From positions 28,706,001-28,770,000 of the forward strand of contig NC_092674.1 of the NCBI RefSeq assembly GCF_964355755.1: a DNA stretch of 64,000 bases, written 5' to 3'. The DNA comes from Antedon mediterranea. Lineage: Eukaryota; Animalia; Echinodermata. Under the pieces are notes generated by a model, which had not been told where the DNA came from, did no database searches, and saw only the letters and a program-made list of their open reading frames with translations. Of this stretch, positions 27,300 to 38,845 are shown piece after piece; within the stretch, counting starts at the first letter, position 1, and each line of letters begins with the position of its first letter. The position numbers were made by a program, and so were the translations under genes.

Positions 27300-28212
27300 T
27301 TACAAATTTTCAACTACCGCACATAAGTAAAGAAAATATACCAATATATTTTTATTATGACTATGTTGAAATACTATTATATTATTGTCATTTAATTGAA
27401 TAATCCACTAACACTAACAGTATAATTATTTTATTAAATTAAATGTAAAACTCAACAGTACTGAACTATTGTGTAAAATAAGATAAACTGTTTTGACTTT
27501 TATATGACTACAAATTGTATACGTTATTTCAATACTGAAATGCTTTACAATGTGTTTGATGTTTATTATATTAACAAAATTGAAGTCTGTGGTGTGGTTA
27601 ATTAGCCTAAAACATAGTCTTTCTTGTGTAATGTTTTACAATATATCTCATATAATGATGCTCTCTAGCCCTGGGCCCGATTTGACTCAATATTCCCTAC
27701 CCGAACATGACTACGGTCACCCCTGACAACCATTGGGAATTTAATTAATTCAAATCTTATTGTGTCACTTACCAATATACAATCTCTAATCTTGGCACAC
27801 ATGTTTTGTAGCAATCTAAATAGTGCAGTAAACAAATAGAATTACTACAGTAAATATACATAATTACTGCAGTAATTTGTTTCCAAATGCAATTGCATAA
27901 TATTTTTAACATTAAAATTCTGTCCCTCTAAAAAGTTTAGTTGCATTTTACCAAATTTGGATTGTTTATAGAGACCAGATCTGTTCTGGCCTCAAATAAT
28001 AGAATTGTCATTTTAAAATTACTGTACTTTTTTTATATAAACTTTGAAGGTTTTGTTGTTTTATACCAAAATATGGTTGCATTTACTGTTTACAGGTTAA
28101 TTCCGTTATCTACAGTACCATGCCTCTTATATTGCATTGTTAATTTACCATAATTAGTATATTTTATGTAAACACTATTTTTAACATGTGAATGTGTTAT
28201 TGCTCTATCTTA

Positions 28213-28371
28213 AGCACTGTCTACACTATCAAACTGTATGTGACAAAAAATGTGATGTGCCCATATATGGACATGATGATGTCTTATCACTACCATATTT
28301 GGCATTATCACTACCATATTTGGGCACATCAAACTTTTTTGTCAAACTAGTTTTATAGTGTAGACAGATCT
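28213..28371. mobile_element. Family-A MITE
   Basis: AGCACTGTCTACACTATCAAACT...ATAGTGTAGACAGATCT. Confidence 0.85.
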
Positions 28372-29027
28372 TAATACCTATTACGTTTTATTGGTTGTTT
28401 ACAAAGTTCTTGTTCTTTATTAACAATCTTCTCTCAAGTTTCTGTGGTTTGTGTTGACTGTAGAATAATAATTTAATGTTTGCATTCCTATGCTTGTAAT
28501 TAGGCAACAACAATGATATGACCTGTTTATTGTTTTTTATTATAAAAATCGACATATTTTGATTGTTTTACATCATGTAAATAAATGAGGGATACATAAA
28601 CTTGGTTATTTAATTGTCTTTTTTGGCTGATGATTCGCATTTTACTCATTTAAGTATAAATCAAAATTACTGACAAAATTCTTAAACAGCCAGAAATAAT
28701 TGTCAAGCTATTGCAAAACACTATTGGAGTCCCGATAATTACGGTACTTACAAATTTTATCCGTAAGTTTTCTCAATGTACAACTTGGTATAAAGTACAA
28801 ATTACCTCAGAGTAGAGGGCAAAATATCTGAACAATGTACCAAGAATACAGAATTTTAAAAAATAATAATGTAGTCCAGAAAAGTGAGGACAAGAGCAAT
28901 TTCAGAGCCCATTAACCCCCAACCCCCACGATGTACTTTTGCTGAGGTGAGCACAACCTACAGATAGTCTAAATATTCTTTTCAAACTTTTTCCCAAATT
29001 TCAACACTAGTTACATCTTGCATTATC

Positions 29028-32000
29028 TCAACTGACGGTGTTCCCTTTTCTTTCGTACAATTTGAGCATTTCAATGCAGAAACGATGTAAAGGAAACCCA
29101 ACAACATTGTAGTAGTCACCATGGATACCTTCAACTAACGTTCCTCCCAATGCTTGGATACCGTATCCGCCTGCTTTGTCCCTGAAAGAATATACAAATT
29201 GTGTTAATAAATGGCGATAAAATCTAGACAATGACTGCTCCCGCAACATTAAAGAAAGTTTGTATTGTTTGTATCAATTTAAGGGCACTATTTTCTCAAT
29301 AGTTTCTTAGCAAAATCATACTAAAGTTGTTGCTTATTTGGCTGTAGTATTATTACCTAGTAAACTCACCAAACAAAACATAAACACCATAGTGTGCATA
29401 CTGTAAACATCAGAGTTTTGTGATATGAAAGGGTCTAAAGCTCTGTCTACACTATCAAACTCAATGTCACAACAAAATGTGATGTGCCCATATATAGACA
29501 CGATGATGTCATATCACTACCATATTTAGGCATATCGCTACCATATTTGGGCACATTATTAAATAACTTACATTGGTTCACCAGTGTTGACATAACTCTT
29601 AATCACATCAGCTGGCAAGTTGCCAAATTTAACATCTGTTGCTTCATGGAAGATCACCTGTTGATGGGTGCCATCTTGAAATGCTGCCAAATAAAACATG
29701 ATTAAAGAGATTGTGTTATAACACACCTGAGTAGATTCATGAGATAAGGGATTGTCTTCTTGTGTTATTGTTATTTAGAGAGTTCTAATTACTGTACTTC
29801 ATAATATAATCATTACAGTGTAAAGCTCTGTCTACACTATCAAACTTTATGTGACAAAAAAAGTGATGTGCCCATATTTGGACATAATGATGTCATATCA
29901 CTACCATATTTGGGCACATCACACTTTTTTGGTCAAACTACTGTAGTTTGATAGTGTAGAAAGAGCTTAAAGGTTTTACCTTTGTTTAATACAACACCAG
30001 TGTACACGCTGTGTGTCCGTCCGCTAAGTTTTGTCAGCATATCTATTGCATCTGATTTGTCTGCCGGTTTTTCCATTATCTTCTTATCTAAAGCCTGCGG
30101 TAATACATTTGATAAATTTTAATTTTCTTTACATCATGATGTTGCCTTCTCTGTTTTTGTTCTATGACATTTTTTTAGTCATTTTATTCTTGTTATTTTA
30201 AATAGTAAATAAGGTTAGGTTTGGTATTAAACAGACAGTAACATTCCCTTCCCAGCTTACAGTACTATTAGGCTCTTCATACAAACAGTCAGTAACCACC
30301 ACACTATTTTTTTAATAGCCTCTAATACTTTGATCTAAAAAGAATCCTGCTTTACACAGTACCTCTTTGTTTTAACTGAATCATTACTTACCACTACGGT
30401 GTCGGCCCCTATTATAAGAGATGGTGGACTACCCTGTGAACAAAATAGTGACATTATTATTTATTTATACTACAGTACCTATATATACAGTATAGACTAG
30501 GCTATGAATGAGGTAGGTGCCACCCGGAGAGGTAGAAATTCTCATATAACTTTTCTAGACCAGTTTTTTCTGGGGAATCCAAATATATTGGGTAAACGGG
30601 CTGTAACCTGAGAACTTTTGCGTGAGGGCGCTTTTTTCAAAATGGCTGCCAGTTACAGTAGACTATGATATCTTGGCAACCACTGGTCATAGAGAGTTGA
30701 TTTTGGTGTCAAATTGTTTGGAATGTACATGTTCCTATTTGATGTAATAGAACATTTTGTCAGAAAATGGCCGGAAATACCTCTATTGACCTTTGACCCA
30801 ATATCTAACAGATATCAGACCTCCGTAACTACTCGACACAGAAAGTTGTAATTGGTGTCAAACTCTCCAGAATATAGATGTTTATATTCAAACTAATAGA
30901 ACATTATCTGTAAAAATGACCGGAAATAACGTTACTGATCTTTTACCCAAAATGCAAGACATTTCTCCTATCTGATCACGTTAATCCTGTCAATTAATTC
31001 ATTTTGTGCCAATTGGAGGTTGACATTCTCATATTGTTTTCTGGACCAGTTTTTCATGTGCAATTTGAATATATGAGATAAATAAGCCATAACAAGGCCA
31101 AGAATTTAATTCTTTTACTACATACATGCTTCCCTTTAGTGTTTCAGTCTGTATGTCGTGTATTAATCTTCAAGATCGCTCACATCACTGCAATCTGAAA
31201 TGTCTTCATATTCATTATGTGTAAACAGTTCCTGGACATCAGTGGGCAGTCTCAATCCATTTAGGCTCCATTTGTTCGTTCCATCCATTGTGTGTACTGT
31301 TGTTGACAAAATCATTGACGTCTGCTGATTGCCATTCTTTAGTAATGAAGTTTGCTCTAAGTATATGAAACTCAAGGGTCTGCTGACATAGTGGCAGTAA
31401 TGATATATCTGTAATCTTGTTGTGTCTGGAAAACTTTCTGTTGAAGATATCATATCTTGCTTGATTTACACTTTTCCCCTTCACTCCATACAATGGTGAA
31501 ACATACTCTTCAACTTCCTCATACAACTCTTTTGATGGAACATCTGACACTCCAAGGTTGCAGAATGTGTCAACAAATGTTGCTTTTGATTCCAGAAGCT
31601 TCCAGCAGGTACGTTTTCCTTTCCGAACGAAAGCGGAGTTATACTCGTTACCTGTGAAAGCATGGAATCCAATAAGGGATGATTTCTGCGCTTTTGTTAA
31701 ATCAATGTCACTCAATTTCAGTACATTTCGGTATTTCCCAGTGTTTGTATCAATAATTACCCTCCGCCCATCATCTATGAAATGAGATAGTGAAATGACT
31801 GGAATGTCAATGTCTCCAGAATGGGAACGAATTATTGCTACGCCTTGATTGTTATTTGTTAAAGCATGCTTTGCATGCAGGATGACTTTCGTGTCGGCTT
31901 CTTCTTGGCTACTATTAAGCTCCGGAACAAATACAACATCTCAGTTTAGTAACGTAGATGCATTCTTTGTACGATGAAAAGTAAATAACATCACCCCTCA

Positions 32001-35000
32001 TATCTGTTAGAATGCTTTCTTTCTTTGACACTAGTACACAGCGAATAAGCTCAATCAATCTGGTCTTGTTCTCGCCGTTGGCAAGGAAATTGTTGAAATC
32101 ACGGGGCAACTTTGATATTTTTGAGCTTACAATTACTTTTGGTGCAATACCGCGTCTGTTTCCCGCAGTGCTCGACCAGGATCCATAACATCATCTCACT
32201 TTATTTTCGAATAGTGGGAAGAAACTAGAAATCAAGGCAAATGGGAAAGTAAAAGTAATATAAGCTAATCGGGATGTTTTAGGAAAGCTTCTTGCCACCT
32301 CAACAAAGCATGGTAGAATAATTGACTTTAAGAAAGCCTTTGAGTATCCACTTACCCCTGTCCCGCTAAGCCTTGCTAATGCAGATGGGACAAGACGAAC
32401 AACTCAGAAAAGTGTCCTAATGGAAATTCTCATCGAAAGTTCAACAGATGTTATAGATCCTGGTCGGGCACTGCCAGCAAAGGCTACTGTCATTGCCTAT
32501 GTTGTTGACTTGATGGCATTAATCAGAACATTTACATCTTACCCTGATACGTACGAGGATCTTGTAGCAAAGGTTTTCAACAGCATCCCTAAAGGATACA
32601 AGCGTGTTGATATTGTTACCGATGCATACCTGCCAAAAAGCATTAAGTCTGTTGAGAGAAACATACGCGATATTGCACCAAAAGTAATTGTAAGCTCAAC
32701 AATATCAAAGTTGGCCGTGATTTCAACAATTTCCTTGCCAACGGCGAGAACAAGACCAGATTGATTGAGCTTATTCGCTGTGTACTAGTGTCAAAGAAAG
32801 AAAGCATTCTAACAGATATGAGGATTGATGTTACCTACTTTTCATCGTACAAAGAATGCATCTACGTTACTAACTGAGATGTTGTATTGGTTCCGGAGCT
32901 TAATAGTAGCCGGAAGAAGAAGCCTACACGAAAGTCATCCTGCATGCAAAGCATGCTTTAACAAATAACAATCAAGGCGTAGCAATAATTCGTTCCCATT
33001 CTGGAGACATTGATATTCCAGTCATTGCACTATCTCATTTCATAGATGATGGGCAGAGGGTAATTATTGATACAAACACTGGGAAATACCGAAAGGTACT
33101 GAAATTGAGTGACATTGATTTAACAAAAGCGCAGAAATCATCCCTTATTGGATTCCATGCTTTCACAGGTAACGATTATAACTCCGCTTTCTTTCGGAAA
33201 GGAAAACGTACCTGCTGGAAGCTTCTGGAATCAAAAGCAAAATTTGTTGACGCATTCTGCAACCTTGGAGTGTCAGATGTTCCATCAAAAGAGTTGTATG
33301 AGGAATTTGAAGAGTATGTTTCACTATTGTATGGAGTGAAGGGGAAAAGTGTAAATCAAGCAAGATATGATACCTTCAACAGAAAGTTTTCCAGACACAA
33401 CAAGATTACAGATATATCATTACTGCCACTATGTCAGCAGACCCTTGAGTTTCATATACTTAGAGCAAACTTCATTACTAAAGAATGGCAATCAGCAGAC
33501 GTCAATGATTTTGTCAACAACAGTACACACAATGGATGGAACGAACAAATGGAGCCTAAATGGATTGAGACAGTGATTCCCACTGATGTCCAGGAACTGT
33601 TTACACATAATGAATATGAAGACTTTTCAGATTGCAGTGATGTGAGCGATCTTGAAGATTAATACACGACATACAGTCTGAAACACTAAAGGGAAGCATG
33701 TATGTAGTAAAAGAGAATTAAATTCTTGGCCTTGTTATGGCTTATTTATCTCATATATTCGGATTGCACATGAAAAACTGGTCCAGAAAATAATATGAGA
33801 ATGTCAACCTCCAATTGGCACAAAATGAATTAATTGACAAGATTAACGTGATCAGATGGGAGAAATGTCTTGCATTTTGGGTCAAAGGTCAGTAACGTTA
33901 TTTCCGGTCATTTTTACAGATAATGTTCTATTAGTTTGAATATAAACATCTATATTCTGGAGAGTTTGACACCAATTACAACTTTCTGTGTCGAGTAGTT
34001 ACAAAGATATGATATCTGTTAGATATTGGGTCAAAGGTCAATAGAAGTATTTCCGGCCATTTTCTGACAAAATGTTCTATTACATTAAATAGGAACATGT
34101 ACATTCCGAACAATTTGACACCAAAATCAACTCTCTATGACCAGTGGTTGCCAAGATATCATAGTCTACTGTGACTGGCAGCCATTTTGAAAAAAGCGCC
34201 CTCACGCGAAAGTTCTCAGGTTACAGCCCGTTTACCCAATATATTTGGATTCCCCAGAAAAAACTGGTCTAGAAAAGTCATATGAGAATTTCTACCTCTC
34301 CGGGTGGCACCTACCTCATTCATAGCCTAGTCTAGTAGTAGGTGTACCTATTTGTTGTACCTTGATCCTGGCATCAGCACTGCTGCTTAATAATAATAAT
34401 TTACAAACTTAAAATGAAATGTTATTACTTACTGAATTTGATAATCGTTCTGCAACTTCTTGGGTCTTTCTCCTTGCTGTTTCTTTGACATATTCAGCTG
34501 GTGATGAAAATTGACTTTTATCAAGATTCTCGTCGAAATTTGACGGTGTAATGTTAAAAATTAAACCCTGCAAAATTTAAATTTCATATTTTAAAAGGAG
34601 TACTAACTAGTCCTCATTACTATTTTACTAAAAGAAATAGTAACAACATTTATTCACCTTGTGTATGCACTATCAACAATTAATTCATAATATGGGCCTC
34701 ATCTATAATCGATAATATAATATAGTATTAATTTTATACAATAATGTAACGTATAAAACGAACATGTACGAAACGACTCGGCCATGAGGCAGCAAACACG
34801 CATCTGAATAATTCCCCACAAACCAGATACTGGCAGCACCTAACGAGGGGCCTAACTTACTGGGCCTAGAGTTCTAAGGTGCAAATTCATTATTAATCTT
34901 GCTTTAGAAATGTAAGTATTTATTTATCTACCGTTGACTTTAAAATCTCCTTTCTTCTCGGCGAGCCACTAGCTAAAACGATTTTTGATAGCGACAATTC

Positions 35001-35021
35001 TGAAATTATTGGTTGCAACAT
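29028..35021 (-). CDS. Stand-alone Maf/YhdE-family dTTP/UTP pyrophosphatase (homologous to the N-terminal domain of ASMTL), 212 aa, 6 exons
   Basis: Exons 35021-34932 ([14 protein letters not shown]), 34567-34433 ([11 protein letters not shown]), 30433-30392 (IIGADTVV), 30094-29980 ([18 protein letters not shown]), 29674-29572 ([16 protein letters not shown]) and 29181-29028 ([24 protein letters not shown]); 639 nt in frame. Confidence 0.93.
29824..29967. mobile_element. Family-A MITE (one internal unit); a truncated copy lies at ~29439-29555
   Basis: TAA-AGCTCTGTCTACACTATC...GATAGTGTAGAAAGAGCT-TAA. Confidence 0.88.
31163..32190 (-). pseudogene. Decayed Academ-like transposase C-terminal region (left arm)
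   Basis: Fragments [31 protein letters not shown] and [18 protein letters not shown]; frameshifts and a ~180-bp deletion relative to the right arm. Confidence 0.8.
32205..33662 (+). pseudogene. Decayed, 5'-truncated Academ-like transposase C-terminal region (spacer plus right arm)
   Basis: [40 protein letters not shown], then the 33105-33662 ORF with [13 protein letters not shown]; frameshifts near 32713 and 32912 and an in-frame TGA near 32875. Confidence 0.85.
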
Positions 35022-35743
35022 GATGCTGAAAAAGTTTATACACATTAAAAATGAGGGCGCTATAGAGATTTTTAATCAGAGTTAGTTGAACCTATTATTT
35101 TTGGTACAAAACTTTTTAAAGAAATGCATGCAAATATATAATACAACGATAATAATGTTAAGACATTTCATTCATTTGACATAAAATCTTTATTTGCTTT
35201 ACGATAGAACGTTTTAAAATGTTTTACCAGAAATAAATAAATAGAAATAAAATAGTACACACATTCGTATACCAAAGATAAATAGCAATGATATAATTAT
35301 TACTGTATGTAATATTAAAATAAAAATGTTTTCTTTTTTTTAAATACATCAATCTGTCTGTAATGTACCATACCAAACCATACTTATTTGGTTTATTATT
35401 TTCAGTCAGCAAGTAGTCTTTTGTCTCATTTATGTTACTTAATGAAATTGCATTATATGTGCTTAATAAAAATAAAATCTCGGGCTGCTTACTTATACAT
35501 TTTTTAATTTTTAAAAACTATTATATTGTGGTCATTTTTAACTCAATTGAAATTGAATCATTTTCTATTAATTACATACTGCACTGTAAGAAGCTCCAAA
35601 ATTTGGTATACATTTCTAATAATGGAACTGAAAACTAAAAAGCGATATTTTTTTCAGCATATTTGGTTTACTGTACTTTACTTTTTTTTAATCTATTATT
35701 TTATCTATCCATCTCGAACAAAAATAACACAGCAAATCGTTTA

Positions 35744-38700
35744 TTATTCGTCGAATTGTTTACAAGGGCTGTTACACAGCTTTGGATCATCAGGGAAACT
35801 TTCCGTGATCGGAGAAATACCAAAGAGAAAAATGTGTCGTTGGAATTGCTTTGTCTCTCTGAACAGGTTGTCGGTGTTGTGCAATCGATCCAAAAAACCT
35901 AACACACCATAGTTGTTGGTGAACCTGGGGAAACATAATGCAGACAATTTATGTAAAGCATGACGTCATTTGCAATGTTAGTTAATTGAAAGTCTGAAAA
36001 GACAGGTAGAGACGGATATACAAACATTAAAAGCTCTGTCTAAACTATCAAACTAGTTTGACAATAAAAGTGTGATGTGCCTAAATATGGTAGTGGTATG
36101 ACATCATCATGTCCATATTTGGGCACATCAGATTTTTTTTTTGTCAAACTATGATAGTGTAGACAGAACTTACGAAACATTTGGAATATCTGTGTCTTTA
36201 TTGGCTGTGGTTGCTATTCATCAAGTTCATATATTCAGCAACAAACACTTACTTCAAATGGTGGAAGTCATGGGCTTCTGGTGAGGGCATCAACGGAAGA
36301 TGGTAACCAGAATGGACAATGACAGTTGTAAAAATAGCCAGGAGGAACCACAGCCAAGTGGTCATCATGTGACTGCCCATGATCATTGGTCCGAGTGCCA
36401 CTGGAAGGAAATTTGAGAGGACATGCTCAATGGGGTGTGCGTACAATGAGATGATGCCGACAGGAGCTGTCCATTGGTGATGCTTCTTGTGGATCCATTT
36501 GTATACAGAAGGATGATGTAAGAATCTACAAAAAAATAAATTAAAAAATTTAACATATCCCACAATGATTTCTTATGCTATTTAATATAAATTCTCTCTG
36601 TATACCTCATTGTTTCATTGTTAGTGATCTTTAAGGCTCTGTCTACACTATCAAATTGTATTTGACAAAATAAATGTGATGGGCCCATATATGGACTTGA
36701 TGATGTCACTCCCATATTTGGGATTATCACTACCATATTTGGGCACATAAAACTTTTATTGTCCAACTAGTTTAATAGTGTAGACAGAGCTTAACACAAT
36801 ACTAAAGTATTATCTATAGAGTAACTAATTTATTAACACTATATGGACTTCATACTGTGTAACTTTACTGAAATATGTATTGTTTATCACATGTGCATGG
36901 GCCCAGAGAAGAGAACAAAAAATCCCACAATGCACTAAAAAAGTCAATGTATTCAATAAAGGCGTACTGACTGTAAAACAAGAGAATGCTTTACCTGTGG
37001 GAATAATAAAAGGCAAATTCAACAGCGATGACGGACACCACAAGATCGAGAAGTACACGCTGAAAGGTTGGAAGTTGGGATGAGAAGATGTTTGCCCTTT
37101 TAACCATCAACGGGTACAAGACTGCTGTGATAGGTATACTGAACACCTGGTTAAATAACACCACAAGACACGCCTCTTTTAGTCGAGCTTTGTCCACCTG
37201 TATGATGCAAAAAAAAAGAAATGATTATTGTTAAAAAAACAATAATAAAGGTACCAATGTTAATAGGCGAACAAATTAATCTAAAACACTCACTGGAACA
37301 TTCTTGTCTGCTTGAACTTTGAACTTGTAAAGAACGCTATCTTTTCCTCTAAGATCTGTGTACATCAAAAATGCATTGAGAGGCCAAAAAAGCAGTACAG
37401 CAGTGATAACTTGAGAACCTAGAAAACAAAGAAATTATTGCATCATTTAATTAAACATAAATAATTGTCAAAAGGTAAAGAGTACATATTTTGTCTTCTA
37501 AAGCTAAAGCTCTGTCTACACTATCAAACTAGTTTCATATGGTAGTGATATGACATCATCATGTCCATATATGTGTACATCACATTTTTTTTTTTTTGTC
37601 ACATAAAGTCTGATAGTGTAGAGAGAGCTTAACACATAATATTATTAGCCTTGATAAAAATAGATATCAAAAAGTAGTTCTAGTTGTCAGAGAGTGCAAC
37701 ACACAACCTAACACCCTTAATCAACATGCATGACTTTCTAAAATATCTTACCAAATACGAAAGTGACAAAGTTGTTCCTGCCACACAACCATTGACATGT
37801 GTACCAGACCGTTTCCCAGAAGTTCTTAGAAGACCCCCAAAACTGCTGCAAGTGCCATGTGAAAGAGTTATGCATACACGCCAAGATGATCAAAGATGAA
37901 CCAATCATAATCGCTGCACTTCGAACAGAGTCCAATGAACGGGCAATTCTGCCAGCCTGTCAGGATATCAAATATTAACATAACACAGTAGTATAAAAAA
38001 TGCTTATGCATTAAAGATGTATTGTCCCCCAAAATCATGAAAAATAAAGATTTATAAAATCAGACTTTGAATAGGCCATTTTTTAGTTTTTATGAAGTTA
38101 TTCACTTCCATAGGAAAAAAGCCAACAAAAACAATGATTCCACTTATAAAAAGACAAAACAACCAGCAGTTAAATTTAACCAAAAGGTCATTGACAGCCA
38201 ATTTGACTGTTTTGCTTTAAATTACAGTTTTTTTTAGATAAATATTTTTTTGGTGATCCAATTTTTGGTCAAAGTGAACAACATTAAAATGGAATAATCA
38301 ACAATATAAAATATTTTTTTCAGGGGGACAAAATATCTTTAAGTAATTTTAACCTATATTTTATATTCTTTAATATTAATATCAAGGATGAACTTTTTTC
38401 TCTTTCTTTCCCTCAGGTGATTGGCTAAAATTTGGTCTCCCAATAGCTATTTTATAAAGAAAAGTTTTCATTCAAGACCAACCTATCTTTTCTATGGGGA
38501 TTGTGGAGATGGGCTTACTATCACTCTTATCTCTCAATACACGTTTTAGTATACTTACTCCATGCAGGGAGTTGCTGCTCCATGAATGGTTATTCCAACT
38601 ATTTTACTCCTAAACTAATTCTTACCATAAACATTTTACTAAACGATAATGCTAGTCCTATATGAGGAAATTAAAAATCAATTAACAGCTGTCAAATTCG

Positions 38701-38845
38701 GATGCACTACTGATGTCCAAATAAAAATTGGGTACGTTCTTAAACAAAGCAACAACACATATATACCCATCATGTCATGATATTTATGAATTACTGTCAC
38801 TAATTACTAACTAACAATACTATTGACTATAAACAACCTTACCAT
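35744..38845 (-). CDS. FAXDC2: Fatty acid hydroxylase domain-containing protein 2 (sterol desaturase/C4-methyl oxidase-like), paralog 1
   Basis: Exons 37956-37752 (TWHLQQFWGSSKNFW), 37418-37294, 37197-36995 (FYYSHR), 36525-36253 (FLHHP..HKKHHQWTAP..YAHPIEH..HSGYHLP..PEAHDFHHLK) and 35924-35744 (GVLGFLDRLHNTD). The start is tentatively ATG|GTAAG at 38845-38843. Confidence 0.9.
36031..36170. mobile_element. Family-A MITE; further copies in the same gene at ~36634-36791 and ~37508-37629
   Basis: Family TIRs and internal unit, in three separate introns of FAXDC2 paralog 1. Confidence 0.85.
38011..38342. mobile_element. Kolobok-like non-autonomous element
   Basis: TTAA-AGATGTATTGTCCCC...GGGGACAAAATATCT-TTAA; internal sequence matches the decayed copy at ~62244-62540. 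Confidence 0.8.

Larger units (their letters stand above)
30493..34334. mobile_element. Academ-like DNA transposon derivative in foldback configuration (two inverted 3' halves) in Maf intron 2
   Basis: GTA-[TAGACTAGGCTATGAATGAGGTAGGTGCC...GGCACCTACCTCATTCATAGCCTAGTCTA]-GTA: TAG..CTA termini and 3-bp TSD. Arms 30493-~32192 and ~32447-34334 are inverted copies. They encode an XPG/PIN-like nuclease region ([40 protein letters not shown]) typical of Academ proteins. Confidence 0.85.

Noticed and set aside
29725-29790. Candidate Maf exon encoding HESTQV
   Set aside because: No acceptor gives the needed phase without a stop; exon 29674-29572 supplies the correct HEATDVKF segment
33105-33662. 185-aa ORF as an intact host nuclease gene
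   Set aside because: It lies inside TIR/TSD-bounded DNA, starts at TTG mid-domain, and upstream sequence is frameshifted and 5'-truncated
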